Source: Escherichia phage SKA64. Taken from it: a stretch of 64,000 bases of DNA. The notes beneath the pieces were generated by a model. It was given only the letters and a program-made list of their open reading frames with translations, made no database searches and was not told the DNA's origin. Each line of letters begins with the position of its first letter. Within the stretch, counting starts at the first letter, position 1. Shown here in pieces: positions 51,957-62,484 of this stretch. The position numbers and the translations under genes were made by a program. The stretch lies in the sequence record OM362897.1; one strand, written 5' to 3'.

Positions 51957-54630
51957 AGTCGTAATATTTCAAACCTGTAATGAACTTCGATCCCCAATCC
52001 GCACTTGCGGCGGTGAACGTCAACATCCAAGTTGTAGCTGTACCAGTGAAGACCTCTCGTTGCACAGTACCATCAGTGTGGTAAATGTCCACGCCAGTAT
52101 GTCCATTCTTAGGAATAGTGAAGGTAACAGCACTGGTAGTGTCTCGTGCATAAGAACAAACAAATGGTGTCCCCGCCCAAACTGGATTTGTCATATCGCC
52201 CATCTCAAGCTGTGGAACCCAAGCAATAAGACCTGCCGTACCATCTCCTGCGAAAGTGTCTGATCCACTTGCATTCAAAGCTATAATCTCATAGGTTATA
52301 GATGCTTGTTTGGCAACTGTCACTTTGTGTAGAATTACACGATACCAACCATTCCCCATATCGATTATGTTTGCATCTGCACCTGTAAATGTTCCAGCTA
52401 CAAGATCATAAGTCCCTTCGTTAATCTCATCTCCTGAAGTCAATTTGAGTTTCACTTTAGTGATCCCATCTGGCTTCAAGAATACGGATGCCGCCCAGTG
52501 CTTACCTGCTGTAATATCAGAAGCTGTATTCACTGCTGATAAAATATGTTGTCCTGAAGTTGTAGAAGGTGTTAACTTGTAAGTGTTAGCTGTAGTTCCA
52601 ACCGGAGAGTTGATTGTTGATGCTGTGACTGTCAAGTTCGTCTTCAACCACGGGGAAGCTGTTGTCAAGTTATTGTTGATAAAGATATGTGTACGGTTGG
52701 CTGCTACAACACGTCTACCTTGTGGAGTTGTACCAACATATTCTAAAGGTGCTACGGGAGCAGAACTCTCTGTAGGTACAAGGATATCTCCAGAAGCCCT
52801 GGCATAACGGTTACTCCTGTTGACCTTTACATCCGCCGGAATAGTTTCTTGCGTCAAATCATAGTCCATCACAATCACCACAGCATTCACTGTGAGATAA
52901 GAACTATCTTCGGCAGTTACCACACCTTGATAAGTTGCTCTACAACCGATACGACAACCTCCATCAGCAACCGCTGTAATAACGCCTGTAACGGGGTCAA
53001 CTGTTGCTACCGTAGGGTCATTAGAGAAATACTCAACAACCATACCAGGTAAGCTTGCTGCTCCTGTTGGCGTTATTTCTGCTACCATTGTTTGTGTTGT
53101 TCCTACATCCATCGCAGATAAGCTAGGAGTGTAAACGCTCAATGTTGAAGCATATCCTCCAGAGGTATCTGATAAAGTTGTTCCTTCGGCGTTTAAGGCT
53201 GTCATACCTGCATCAAAACCACCTTCTGCATGGAAAGTCATTAAACCAGTAGATGATATTGTCATGTTTGCAGGGGCAGAAGAAGTGTATTTAATATTGA
53301 AAAGTTTACCTCCTTCTGGGCTAACAGAATGTGTCAACTGTTTAGTTCCACCTACAATACAAATTCCTAAAGAATCTGTAGTTAAGCCAGTTGCCAGAAT
53401 ATCACCCGTAATCACGGAGCTTGCTATTGGTGTGAATTTATTATAGTTTAGACCGCTATTGAACAGATACGAGGCTTTCCCATCTTTCCAAATACCGGAA
53501 TAATACATATCTCCATTATAAACGAAAAAGGTTCCTTGATAACCTAATTGGTTAGTAACATCCATATTCAGCGTATGAACGCTTGTGAGCTTGTTTATAT
53601 CCCAAGAACCCACTCCTTCAGGTTTAACTGGTTTTCCCACTTGGAGTGGATCTCCGCTCGCAGAATCATACCCCAAACCTAAGTTTGCAGTGTAGTTCTT
53701 ACCAATAGCCCACAAGGAATTATTGATCCCAACGAAAAAAGAGTGGCGGCTTGGTGGAAACTTCCATGTTGAGAAACCTGCTGCAAAGGTATCCAGTTTA
53801 GTGTAGGTTGTTTCTGTATTAGACCTAACATATAAGTAGTTTACTGTACCCGTGCCACCGGAGGTATCTCCTACAACTATTGTCTGGGAAACTGTATTGA
53901 TGTAATCTTTGACATACACTGTTTCAGTAGCGGATATCTTAGCATTGACAAAAGCTGTTGTTGTGTTATTATTACCTGCTAAACCTTTACTAGCTCCACA
54001 AACACGCAAGGTTCCCACATTGTTGACATAAGAGCATTGGTTGTAACCTGCATCAAAAGCAACTGCTGCACTTGTTATCTGACGAGGAGTAGAAACTTCG
54101 TTAGTAGTACTTGCACCTAAACTACCTACTGTGTTTTGACCAGATCCGTAAAGAACACCACTATTCATTAACCAGAGAGTGTTGTTATATCCTCCCTTAA
54201 CCTCTTTAAGATTGGCTAAAGAGATAGTCCCTGTTATTACAGATGGAAAGCTGGTCCAAGTAGTTACACATGCGTCCGTACCACCTGCTGCTATAGATCC
54301 TACCAATCCTGCTGTCAATCCTGAATATTGCCATCCCCCACTGTTAGTTTTAATAACAAAACAACGATCTGCGGTAAACACATCCGCTACTACAGTAGAA
54401 GCTAAGTGGAAATTATTGAATCGTGCACTACGAGTTCCATCTGCAATTTCACCAAAAAGGTTTGCGCCTTGAGTAAACAATCTACCATCATTAAGCAAAA
54501 TTGCTAAACTGCTATTAGAATTACCAGCATTATCTGGGTAATCTAAAGTGATTACTTTTTTAACAATACCCGCTGGCAGAGGAACGACACCAGTGCTGGT
54601 CATAATAGTAAATATTGGAATTGGAAACAT
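51955..54630 (-). CDS. tail fibre / receptor-binding protein (891 aa)
   Basis: ORF track; TATGGAGGG RBS; Gly/Thr/Ser-rich, follows fibre genes. Confidence 0.5.
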   Translation of the reverse strand: MFPIPIFTIMTSTGVVPLPAGIVKKVITLDYPDNAGNSNSSLAILLNDGRLFTQGANLFGEIADGTRSARFNNFHLASTVVADVFTADRCFVIKTNSGGWQYSGLTAGLVGSIAAGGTDACVTTWTSFPSVITGTISLANLKEVKGGYNNTLWLMNSGVLYGSGQNTVGSLGASTTNEVSTPRQITSAAVAFDAGYNQCSYVNNVGTLRVCGASKGLAGNNNTTTAFVNAKISATETVYVKDYINTVSQTIVVGDTSGGTGTVNYLYVRSNTETTYTKLDTFAAGFSTWKFPPSRHSFFVGINNSLWAIGKNYTANLGLGYDSASGDPLQVGKPVKPEGVGSWDINKLTSVHTLNMDVTNQLGYQGTFFVYNGDMYYSGIWKDGKASYLFNSGLNYNKFTPIASSVITGDILATGLTTDSLGICIVGGTKQLTHSVSPEGGKLFNIKYTSSAPANMTISSTGLMTFHAEGGFDAGMTALNAEGTTLSDTSGGYASTLSVYTPSLSAMDVGTTQTMVAEITPTGAASLPGMVVEYFSNDPTVATVDPVTGVITAVADGGCRIGCRATYQGVVTAEDSSYLTVNAVVIVMDYDLTQETIPADVKVNRSNRYARASGDILVPTESSAPVAPLEYVGTTPQGRRVVAANRTHIFINNNLTTASPWLKTNLTVTASTINSPVGTTANTYKLTPSTTSGQHILSAVNTASDITAGKHWAASVFLKPDGITKVKLKLTSGDEINEGTYDLVAGTFTGADANIIDMGNGWYRVILHKVTVAKQASITYEIIALNASGSDTFAGDGTAGLIAWVPQLEMGDMTNPVWAGTPFVCSYARDTTSAVTFTIPKNGHTGVDIYHTDGTVQREVFTGTATTWMLTFTAASADWGSKFITGLKYYD

Positions 54631-54640
54631 TTAAACCCTC

Positions 54641-54669
54641 CATAAAAAGAAAGCCCCTTTCGGGGCTTC
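54641..54669 (-). terminator. rho-independent terminator candidate (minus strand)
   Basis: GAAAGCCCC-TTTC-GGGGCTTC followed on minus strand by TTTTTATG. Confidence 0.45.
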
Positions 54670-54671
54670 TG

Positions 54672-56321
54672 TTATCGTGTTACAACAACCATGTCCACGA
54701 TATCACCCACACCAGGATACGTTAATTGCAAAATTGTTACTGCGTTAGCAGTAGTTGCTATTTCTGTATCATTTAGTGCTCCATAAGACGCATCTAGTGT
54801 AACCGTGTGTCCCGTTGTATCTTGAATCAAATAAATCATTGCTGAAAACGCTTTAGGTTTTGTAGAGCCAGTGACACCAGGCCATGCTCCAACTGTCAGA
54901 GCGTCAGTTACTGTAACAACATACATATTGGAAGTTCCAGAAGGAGTCCAAGATGCTCCAGAGTTGGCAGTAGTTGTTTCAAGTTCCATGAAACCTGCTG
55001 TAACTCTAGTTGGTGTTATAGCTTCCGTAGGATCTGATCCTGATATTTCGATCCAGTTTCCATCAGAACGACCATACGTCAAGCCGTCTTGAGGGGCTTC
55101 TGGTATACTAGGAAGAGTTCCTATAAGTGTCCACGTAGAAGAATCTGTTTTCTTAAACACTGCTCCAGTGGTAGTATTGAAGGCGTAATCATTGATAACA
55201 CCGTCTCCTGCGACTGGATTAGTTGTTGCTACAAACCACTGTGCGCCGTCCTTACCGTTGGTCCCATCAGTACCGTTGGTTCCGTTTGTTCCAGGATCAC
55301 CCTTATCTCCTTTATCCCCTTTTTCACCTTTGTCGCCTTTAATACTTCCCATGTCAACAAAAGATGCGGAATTGGTGTCTTGATCGTAGGTATAGATGTA
55401 AAGATTACTAGTGTCTTCAGTTAAGTAAGCATCACCATAGTTATTGTAAACAGGGAGAGCTTCACTGTTCGGAACATGACCTTTAGCTGTAATTGATGTT
55501 CCTCCGAGACTGCCAACATTCATCCATTCCGTAGCATCTTGGACCCAAACATACAAATCATTATTAATTTTATATGCATCACCTACTTCTCCCGTCGGAG
55601 GAAGTTCAGCTTCGCTGTTCAGAACCCCGATAATCTCTAAGCCTGATCCTGTTGCGCCTACTGGTCCTTGTGGACCTAATTCGCCTTGTGGACCTCGCTC
55701 TCCTTGATCACCCTTGTCTCCTTTTGGACCTTTAAGCGAGGCAATAAAATCTACTTCTGTCCCTTCATTACCAGCATCCAGCCAACTTTGATATGCAGAT
55801 TTCCCTTCATCTCCATCTGTTCCATCTAGACCGTCTTTACCTGCCTCACCTTGTGGACCTTGAGGACCAACAATATTACCCATGTTGACCCAAGCTGTCC
55901 CATTAGAGACATAAAGATTACCACTGATAGAATAAGCTTGGCTTACGTTTTCAGAGTTAGGTTGTGGTAAGTTACTTGTAGAAGGCAAATCTCCACGATA
56001 ATCAAAACCGTTGGCGTTAACACCAGGTGCTCCCTGTGGCCCTGTAGGACCAACATCGCCTTTATCACCTTTTATAGAGGTAAGAAAATCATAAACAGAT
56101 CCTGTATTACCATCTGCCAACCATACCTCGTAAGCTGATTTACCTTCTGGTCCAAGAGAAGAAATAAGTTTCCAAACAGAACCATCCCAAGCGTAGATTA
56201 CATCGCCTACGATATAACCATCCCCTGCAACGTTACCTGTAGATGGTAGTTCACTAGTGCTTGCTAATGATCCTTTAATATTGAGTTGAGCACCAGTATC
56301 CCTTTCAAAGAGGCAAGCCAT
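54672..56321 (-). CDS. collagen-like tail fibre protein (C-terminal portion; frame broken at 5' end)
   Basis: Gly-X-Y runs (GDKGDVGPTGPQGAPG, GPQGPQGEAGKDGLDGTDG, GDKGEKGDKGDKGDPGTNG); ATG lies inside a 77-bp tandem repeat. Confidence 0.55.
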   Translation of the reverse strand: MACLFERDTGAQLNIKGSLASTSELPSTGNVAGDGYIVGDVIYAWDGSVWKLISSLGPEGKSAYEVWLADGNTGSVYDFLTSIKGDKGDVGPTGPQGAPGVNANGFDYRGDLPSTSNLPQPNSENVSQAYSISGNLYVSNGTAWVNMGNIVGPQGPQGEAGKDGLDGTDGDEGKSAYQSWLDAGNEGTEVDFIASLKGPKGDKGDQGERGPQGELGPQGPVGATGSGLEIIGVLNSEAELPPTGEVGDAYKINNDLYVWVQDATEWMNVGSLGGTSITAKGHVPNSEALPVYNNYGDAYLTEDTSNLYIYTYDQDTNSASFVDMGSIKGDKGEKGDKGDKGDPGTNGTNGTDGTNGKDGAQWFVATTNPVAGDGVINDYAFNTTTGAVFKKTDSSTWTLIGTLPSIPEAPQDGLTYGRSDGNWIEISGSDPTEAITPTRVTAGFMELETTTANSGASWTPSGTSNMYVVTVTDALTVGAWPGVTGSTKPKAFSAMIYLIQDTTGHTVTLDASYGALNDTEIATTANAVTILQLTYPGVGDIVDMVVVTR

Positions 56322-56454
56322 TGTGCTTCTGTTCCAACAAAACCATTATCAAGTGCGATCTGATAAGCCGATTTACCCCTTTCAAAGAGGCAAGCCATTG
56401 TGCTTCTGTTCCAACAAAACCATTATCAAGTGCGATCTGATAAGCCGATTTACC
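56301..56454. repeat. perfect 77-bp tandem duplication (2 copies)
   Basis: 56301-56377 identical to 56378-56454; 77 is not a multiple of 3. Confidence 0.9.
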
Positions 56455-56772
56455 AGCTTCAGGTATTGTTTCCGACAGATCATCAATTTGTTGCTGCATT
56501 GCCGTAAACTTGGCATTGATAATTGCTATGTCATCAGCGGTCCCAACACTTTGCCATGCAAGGGAAGAAATACCACCTGTGGTGGCTGGCGTAGAGTTTG
56601 CTGGAACTACTTTAGGAAAAGTTCCTTTCCATTGGTAATAATTCCCTTCTGCTGCTAACAGCAAAACTTCACGGGAATTACGTAATGTAAAACCTGCCTC
56701 AAAGCTGCGACGTTTTCGATAAGTAGCTTCTACCAGATCGGCTATCGCACTATTAGGTCTTGTTAAATTCAT
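56305..56772 (-). CDS. tail fibre N-terminal fragment (155 aa), reads into the 77-bp repeat
   Basis: AGGAGAGATAA RBS; ends in GKSAYQIALDNGFVGTEAQWLASLKG motif that recurs in downstream collagen-like ORF, then out-of-frame tail. Confidence 0.45.
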   Translation of the reverse strand: MNLTRPNSAIADLVEATYRKRRSFEAGFTLRNSREVLLLAAEGNYYQWKGTFPKVVPANSTPATTGGISSLAWQSVGTADDIAIINAKFTAMQQQIDDLSETIPEAGKSAYQIALDNGFVGTEAQWLASLKGVNRLIRSHLIMVLLEQKHNGLPL

Positions 56773-56808
56773 TTATCTCTCCTATCATTAGACCATTCTA
56801 TTGGAAGA

Positions 56809-56827
56809 AGAGGGGAGATTCCCCTCT
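56809..56827 (-). terminator. hairpin, weak terminator candidate
   Basis: AGAGGGGA-GATT-CCCCTCT between tailspike and fibre genes; poor U-tract. Confidence 0.25.
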
Positions 56828-56833
56828 ATTCCA

Positions 56834-59800
56834 TTAGGTTGTTGGCACATCTACTACTGGCGTTGGGCGAATAACCGCAGTATTACCTACAGAAACATTA
56901 CTGGAATCATTAGGTATGGTTTTAATTCTAACTCCAGCACTTGTAGGCGTTACAATTGGATCTGCAATGTCTATTTTAACTGGGTTAGTCCACGTATCAT
57001 TATCTTGATAAGGTGCACGAGTAATAACTGTGTCCAAATCTGCTCCACCTACGCCAGCACCAGGAATACGAATACGTGTCCCTGCTGACAGAGGGTAATG
57101 ATACAACCAAGAAGCATTTGTTGCTGTCCCGTTAGGAGTCAAGTTCTGTGTCAGGAAGGTATCTCCTGCCTGTGTAGCTCGAATACCGAAAGCTGGGATA
57201 TCTGGAATATATGCCCCACTTGTTGTTACAAGGAAGAACGTATTATCCGCCTTGACTATCATATCACCTTTGTCAAACTCTTTCCCTGTTGGGAAATGCA
57301 TTCCATCAATGTTTCGACTAGGATTAGGCTCTAAGTAATAAACTTTGCCCGTTGTCCCTACAATAGCTCCAATACCACCTGCGATATTGGTATACATATT
57401 AGCTTCAACATTACAGTTGACACGATGAATATCCGAGTAACGGCAACGGCTCCACTGTGGACGACCAGTAACCATCGTCTTGCCATCTGGGTAACAGTTT
57501 ACGTTAACCATTTCAAGAACAGATTTTTCTCTACGGAAGAATCCATCATAAAATGTCCCTGGACCAGATTCAGGTTGACCAACACAATCGAAGATATTAC
57601 AGGTGATGTTAGACATTGAAAGCCAAGAAGCTATACCGAACAACTGCAATGCAGCGCAACGAATATTTTCAAAGCTAACTCTGTTTTCATAACCTGGCCC
57701 AGCGGAAACTCCCGCAAAAACACGCCCAGTTTTGGTGTGAATGTTACGAACAGAATAGTTAAAGCATGGGTTTGAAGGTCTACCCTGTGCCGGAACTACC
57801 GGATTACCCTCTTCGTCCAGAACTGCGTTAGTTCCCCACTCCAAATAAATCATACGGATATTACTTGCAAGTGTGCTACCGTCTGTTTTAGGCTCTCCGT
57901 AAACACCGTCAATCGTAAAATCTTTACTTCCATACATTACAACTGCGCCAGTTGCCAAACCTGTCCCAACAGATACGGTCTGGTCTGGATCGCCATGAAT
58001 GTTTTCGATAGAGATATTACGACCAACTTCTACGTGGACAATCTGACGACAACGTTTTGCAAAAACGTTACGAATTGTAATATTCTTACAATATTGATCA
58101 TCAGGGATTCCGTAACCATATGGTCCTTTACCAGCTACACCGATACCGATACCCCAGTTGGACAGAGGAATAGGAGCGTTAGTCCCATCGATATTAGACA
58201 GGTAAATATTCTCAATCACACAACCATCGTCATAATGTTTATTGATGACGTTCAGTTCTATTGCATCACCTTGCATGTCCATGAAGGTAAGGTTACGGAA
58301 GACACCACGTGTTACTGGTTCCCCTGTTCCTTGTTGAAGGATGCCATACAACCCGTTTTTAAAAGTACAGTTATCAATTTCAAAAGTACCTGATATTGGG
58401 TTGCCTTGGAATACCAAGCTACCAACTTGACCTGCGCGAGGAGCACCGTCCCACAAACAATCGAACATGCGCACAGCACCACCCCAATACATAACACGAG
58501 AGTTACGGAAAGTTGTGCCTTCTACTGTAGCATTTTGCACACGATAGTCGCGTTGACCACGGAACACACCCCCACGCAAAGTGATACCTTGAATATCAAA
58601 AGAGCTTGTCGTGAAAGTCATATCGCAACCGTAAGCATCGAGAATCTTGCTTTTCGAAGCTTTTGCTGCTAACAGTGCCGCCTGGAAAGCTGCTTCTGGT
58701 GTGGTATAGGTAGTTGTATTGTTAGCAAATTCTGACAAGTAGACAACATCGAATAAATCGTTGTATGTTCCACCACGAGGGGTTAACAGTCCTTCCGTAT
58801 TAGTTAGAACCCATGCGTTTGGACCTAATCCACCGCTTGTCTCTAATGTGTCAGAGGCCAAAATACTTTTTGGTAAACTTCCAGCCCAACGATAACGACC
58901 AGCACCACGTCCAATCGTCTGATTTTTAGCTGTCAGGGTTACGTTATTACCAAAGCTTGTAGGCAAATGGACAAATTGTCCACGTTCAACAGCCAGTGCG
59001 GAAAGATCTACAGATCCCCCAGAATAAGTCATTACTCCAGAAACAGACAAAGATGTTAAAGTTCCTGTGATGTTAGGAGGTAATGTGTAGGAAGACTGTG
59101 CTACCGGATCATACAGAGCTTTAATCCCTGTTAACGATTGCCCTGCTGTTGCGTAAGCCACCTCATCATCTAACAAACCATATTTACGAGCAATAGTTTG
59201 CAGAGGGACTTTATCCATGCTTTCTGTTAGTTCTTCCGTTTTTGTTTCTAAACTAACAAGACGGTTCTCTAGATTAGGATCTGTATCTGCTGAAGCTACG
59301 ATTTTACCAATATAAGCGAAAAGCTTGTTTGGCAGTCCTGTTGCAGGATCGTGTCCCAAAGGTTCAGATAAGATGATCTTACTATCTTCTATACGGAAAG
59401 CTTCCCCCAGAACCTGAATAACACCATTGATCGTAACAATAGCACTATCAAAGATGTAAGGAGGACTGATTACTGTTTCATAACCAGTTGCACCAGAATA
59501 TACCCAAGGTGTGACTTCTGTTGCCAATTGTTCTGTCTTCAATCCCCACAATACCCAGTTGTTATCTCCTACTGGAGTACCTTGCATAGGGATTGGGTTT
59601 ACCAATGTAGCATTAGGAGCATAATAATAACCGCTCAATACCCCATTCTGAAAATAACGAAGTTGGTTAAAAACTGTTTCGTTTGTGCCTTGCGCCCAAT
59701 CCAATGGGCTTTTAAAGAAAAAGTTGTCAACAAGGGCTTTTCTCAGGGTTGGTATCAACCCTGATTCTGTTTCAATACTCTCTGTAGCACTTCCATTAAT

Positions 59801-59887
59801 AACATCATGGAGTTGGTTAGATGAGAAAATAACCAGGTCTACGCCCTGTTCGAGAGACGTTGCTGGATATGTTGGGAATGTTGCCAT
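56834..59887 (-). CDS. tailspike / tail fibre with beta-helix-like repeats (1017 aa)
   Basis: ORF track; repetitive N/G/T-rich strands (NCTFKNGLYGILQQG, NITIRNVFAKRC) suggestive of parallel beta-helix. Confidence 0.5.
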   Translation of the reverse strand: MATFPTYPATSLEQGVDLVIFSSNQLHDVINGSATESIETESGLIPTLRKALVDNFFFKSPLDWAQGTNETVFNQLRYFQNGVLSGYYYAPNATLVNPIPMQGTPVGDNNWVLWGLKTEQLATEVTPWVYSGATGYETVISPPYIFDSAIVTINGVIQVLGEAFRIEDSKIILSEPLGHDPATGLPNKLFAYIGKIVASADTDPNLENRLVSLETKTEELTESMDKVPLQTIARKYGLLDDEVAYATAGQSLTGIKALYDPVAQSSYTLPPNITGTLTSLSVSGVMTYSGGSVDLSALAVERGQFVHLPTSFGNNVTLTAKNQTIGRGAGRYRWAGSLPKSILASDTLETSGGLGPNAWVLTNTEGLLTPRGGTYNDLFDVVYLSEFANNTTTYTTPEAAFQAALLAAKASKSKILDAYGCDMTFTTSSFDIQGITLRGGVFRGQRDYRVQNATVEGTTFRNSRVMYWGGAVRMFDCLWDGAPRAGQVGSLVFQGNPISGTFEIDNCTFKNGLYGILQQGTGEPVTRGVFRNLTFMDMQGDAIELNVINKHYDDGCVIENIYLSNIDGTNAPIPLSNWGIGIGVAGKGPYGYGIPDDQYCKNITIRNVFAKRCRQIVHVEVGRNISIENIHGDPDQTVSVGTGLATGAVVMYGSKDFTIDGVYGEPKTDGSTLASNIRMIYLEWGTNAVLDEEGNPVVPAQGRPSNPCFNYSVRNIHTKTGRVFAGVSAGPGYENRVSFENIRCAALQLFGIASWLSMSNITCNIFDCVGQPESGPGTFYDGFFRREKSVLEMVNVNCYPDGKTMVTGRPQWSRCRYSDIHRVNCNVEANMYTNIAGGIGAIVGTTGKVYYLEPNPSRNIDGMHFPTGKEFDKGDMIVKADNTFFLVTTSGAYIPDIPAFGIRATQAGDTFLTQNLTPNGTATNASWLYHYPLSAGTRIRIPGAGVGGADLDTVITRAPYQDNDTWTNPVKIDIADPIVTPTSAGVRIKTIPNDSSNVSVGNTAVIRPTPVVDVPTT

Positions 59888-59890
59888 TAA

Positions 59891-60226
59891 TTACCCCTTA
59901 TTCTGTGTACGTTTAACTATGTCATCTAGCATCATTTGGATAGTCGCATTCTTGAGGTCCATAATCTTTTCAATTTTTTGCTCAAGGGTGTTGTTATTTG
60001 CCATTAATGTAGAGTTAATTTGATTTAGCATCTGGGTAAGTTCGGCTTTAGTTGCGTAAGTTGATTCAACAAAGACCAACTTCTTCTCTAGCTCTCGACT
60101 TTTCTCCTCCATTTCCTCAAGATCAGAGCCGAATTTATCCATTTTTTGTTTGAAAAAGAACCAGATGACTCCGATTAAAGGGATTATTGCATCCTTTGCA
60201 AGTCCCCATGCTTCTTGAAATTCCAT
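59891..60226 (-). CDS. membrane-anchored coiled-coil protein (111 aa)
   Basis: ORF track; hydrophobic IIPLIGVIWFFF then helical region. Confidence 0.5.
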   Translation of the reverse strand: MEFQEAWGLAKDAIIPLIGVIWFFFKQKMDKFGSDLEEMEEKSRELEKKLVFVESTYATKAELTQMLNQINSTLMANNNTLEQKIEKIMDLKNATIQMMLDDIVKRTQNKG

Positions 60227-60235
60227 AGTGATCCC

Positions 60236-60781
60236 TTATTCCGTCGGTAATGTAGGCCAATCTATAGTGTAAGGATAATCTTTTTGAAGCGGAACACGAT
60301 TTAGTTTAACCACATAAACTTGAAGATTTTTAAGATAAGCTAATTCTTCTTCAGTAGCCATTTCTAAATCTTTAGCATACTGTAAAGGTGTTATAAGTGC
60401 TACCGCTGTTTCTTGTAAAGAGCGAATTTTTGCACTAGCTTGTGTCATCAACTCTTCACGGGAATACTCTTTATCCTTAAGAGTCAAAGTTTCTAAATCC
60501 AGAACCTTGTTTCTAATATCCTCAAAAGTGTCTATATTAAAGTCCACTTGTGCTATAGAAAGATCTTCAGGGCAAAGTAATGTAGGATCAGTGTTCCAAA
60601 ACACAATACGATTTTGATCGTCAAAAACGACTTTCATTTTATCGTTATTGAATTCTGTGCTACGTAAATCATACCAATCGTAACCTTGATCGCAACGAAG
60701 AAAAAGAATGTTCTCTACTTCTACCAATTCTTTTAGTTCGGGATCTTCGGGAATATATCTTTTAAAATTTGTAAATATCAT
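60236..60781 (-). CDS. tail fibre assembly protein (Tfa family)
   Basis: C-terminus ITPLQYAKDLEMATEEELAYLKNLQVYVVKLNRV...DWPTLP resembles Tfa chaperones. Confidence 0.75.
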   Translation of the reverse strand: MIFTNFKRYIPEDPELKELVEVENILFLRCDQGYDWYDLRSTEFNNDKMKVVFDDQNRIVFWNTDPTLLCPEDLSIAQVDFNIDTFEDIRNKVLDLETLTLKDKEYSREELMTQASAKIRSLQETAVALITPLQYAKDLEMATEEELAYLKNLQVYVVKLNRVPLQKDYPYTIDWPTLPTE

Positions 60782-61843
60782 TTAGCCTCCGATATCGTAC
60801 CAGTTTCCGTTAACGTTGCGCTGGAGGCGTTTGAAATAAACCCCACCGATGTTATCCGCAGAACTACGCCCTGTTTCCTGGACAATAATACCAGAAAGAA
60901 CATAACCAGAAGAACAGATATAAGTCCAAGAAACTTCGTTCCCTGGTGGATAATACACACCTTGGCTAGTGTAACGAATATCTCTTACAAAGGTTCCGTT
61001 AGCATAATTGTAGTTGTTTGTAATCTGACTTTGATGATTACTTTCTACATTGTTTATACGGGAAGAGAGGTTGCTGTTAACACTATTCAGGTTGTTTTGA
61101 ACAGTGTTAATATTCGTCTGCAATGTGTTCTGAAGAGAAGTCAAACGAGAATTCAGATAATCTAAGCGAACTAAAGCATTTCCGTTAGAAGTATCTTGTC
61201 CACTGTTTGATCTTGGACTGTCTATTAGAACATAACCTGCATCATATAAACGAACACCTGCTGATACACTACCTGTGCTAGGATTTCTACGATAAATATA
61301 AAGCTGACCTCCACTTTGGTATTCGGCAGAAATCTCACCATTAGTTTGTCCTGCAAAGTTTTTGAAAAACAGTGTCGCAGGATCTGTTGTGGAAGTACCG
61401 TTAACATAAACATCACCACCATAAATAGCACCACCCGCATCACGTTTTACCAACACGTTTGGTGTTACTGTTGAACTAGTGGCATCTGTAATGTTTGCCG
61501 ACAAGTGATTATGACTGTTATCTTGAACTTGGATAGATAAAGTAACTTCTTTATTACCATTCCAAGTAGCCTCACCAGTAGCATCACCTGCCATTGTAAT
61601 CTTAGTTCCAACTAAAGGCAAGTAAGTATCAGGTAAAGTTGGAAGAAAGTCATCCACCAAATAGCGAATCCATAAACCGATATTATTAAGAATCCAGTTC
61701 ATTTCTTCGCAAGTCATGATTTGACCATAATCCATACCAACTGTGCGGATGGTTTCTTTAGGTCTAATTTTGTTTGTGTTTAAAGTTCCTGGGAGCGTTA
61801 CAGTTTGTGTAGCCCAGTCAGGATAATATATTGGCTTCGCCAT
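60782..61843 (-). CDS. tail fibre protein (353 aa)
   Basis: ORF track; immediately upstream of Tfa gene; N/S/T-rich repeats. Confidence 0.6.
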   Translation of the reverse strand: MAKPIYYPDWATQTVTLPGTLNTNKIRPKETIRTVGMDYGQIMTCEEMNWILNNIGLWIRYLVDDFLPTLPDTYLPLVGTKITMAGDATGEATWNGNKEVTLSIQVQDNSHNHLSANITDATSSTVTPNVLVKRDAGGAIYGGDVYVNGTSTTDPATLFFKNFAGQTNGEISAEYQSGGQLYIYRRNPSTGSVSAGVRLYDAGYVLIDSPRSNSGQDTSNGNALVRLDYLNSRLTSLQNTLQTNINTVQNNLNSVNSNLSSRINNVESNHQSQITNNYNYANGTFVRDIRYTSQGVYYPPGNEVSWTYICSSGYVLSGIIVQETGRSSADNIGGVYFKRLQRNVNGNWYDIGG

Positions 61844-61852
61844 TTAAACTCC

Positions 61853-62482
61853 TTAATCTATTTGCTTGAGAAGCGTACACATGCGTCCTGTTTCATCCCC
61901 AGTAGATTCCATGTACAGGGAACCTAAACCACCAATACCATGAGGCGGTTTGGTAGCATAATAAGAACTAAAACCAAAAGCTGATCCTGCTTTTGCTCCA
62001 AGACGGTAGCTACTAATAATAGGGAAAACACTTAGCAACTGCTCTAAAGCTTGATCAGATTGAAGACACAGGTTGTAGAAAAACACATCAAAGGTTTTAT
62101 TCAAACCTACGTAAGTATTAAGCGTTTCACGCTCTGTTCCTGTGAAACGGGCGAAGATATCAATTATGTCACCACGAGTCCCCGATGAGGCTACGCGGTA
62201 AGCCCTGATTTTTAATATTGTTCTATACTCTTCATCATCAGAGCCATTACGTTCGATCCCCATTTCTTCTCCTAAGATATCTAGGTATTTGCCTGTGGCT
62301 GTGGAGATCAAGCGGTGTTTAGCAAGATAGATCATTGCCTGATCTATCTTTTGCTTTTCACTGGATACGATGTAGAGGAGCTTGACAATGTTAGGAGAAG
62401 ATTTAAAATCTTCAATCAGAAGGTTTTTAACATCTTCATTGATACTGGCCCAAGTTGTTACATGGTCAACACTCACTGCCAT
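61853..62482 (-). CDS. baseplate protein (P2 gpI-like position)
   Basis: ORF track; between J-like and fibre genes as in P2-type J-I-H-G order. Confidence 0.45.
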   Translation of the reverse strand: MAVSVDHVTTWASINEDVKNLLIEDFKSSPNIVKLLYIVSSEKQKIDQAMIYLAKHRLISTATGKYLDILGEEMGIERNGSDDEEYRTILKIRAYRVASSGTRGDIIDIFARFTGTERETLNTYVGLNKTFDVFFYNLCLQSDQALEQLLSVFPIISSYRLGAKAGSAFGFSSYYATKPPHGIGGLGSLYMESTGDETGRMCTLLKQID

Positions 62483-62484
62483 TT

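Noticed and set aside
52060-59764. Plus-strand track ORFs lying inside the minus-strand tail genes (for example 52060..52263, 55089..55424, 57995..58393)
   Set aside because: Antisense to long, well-supported structural genes, with no RBS and low-complexity translations.
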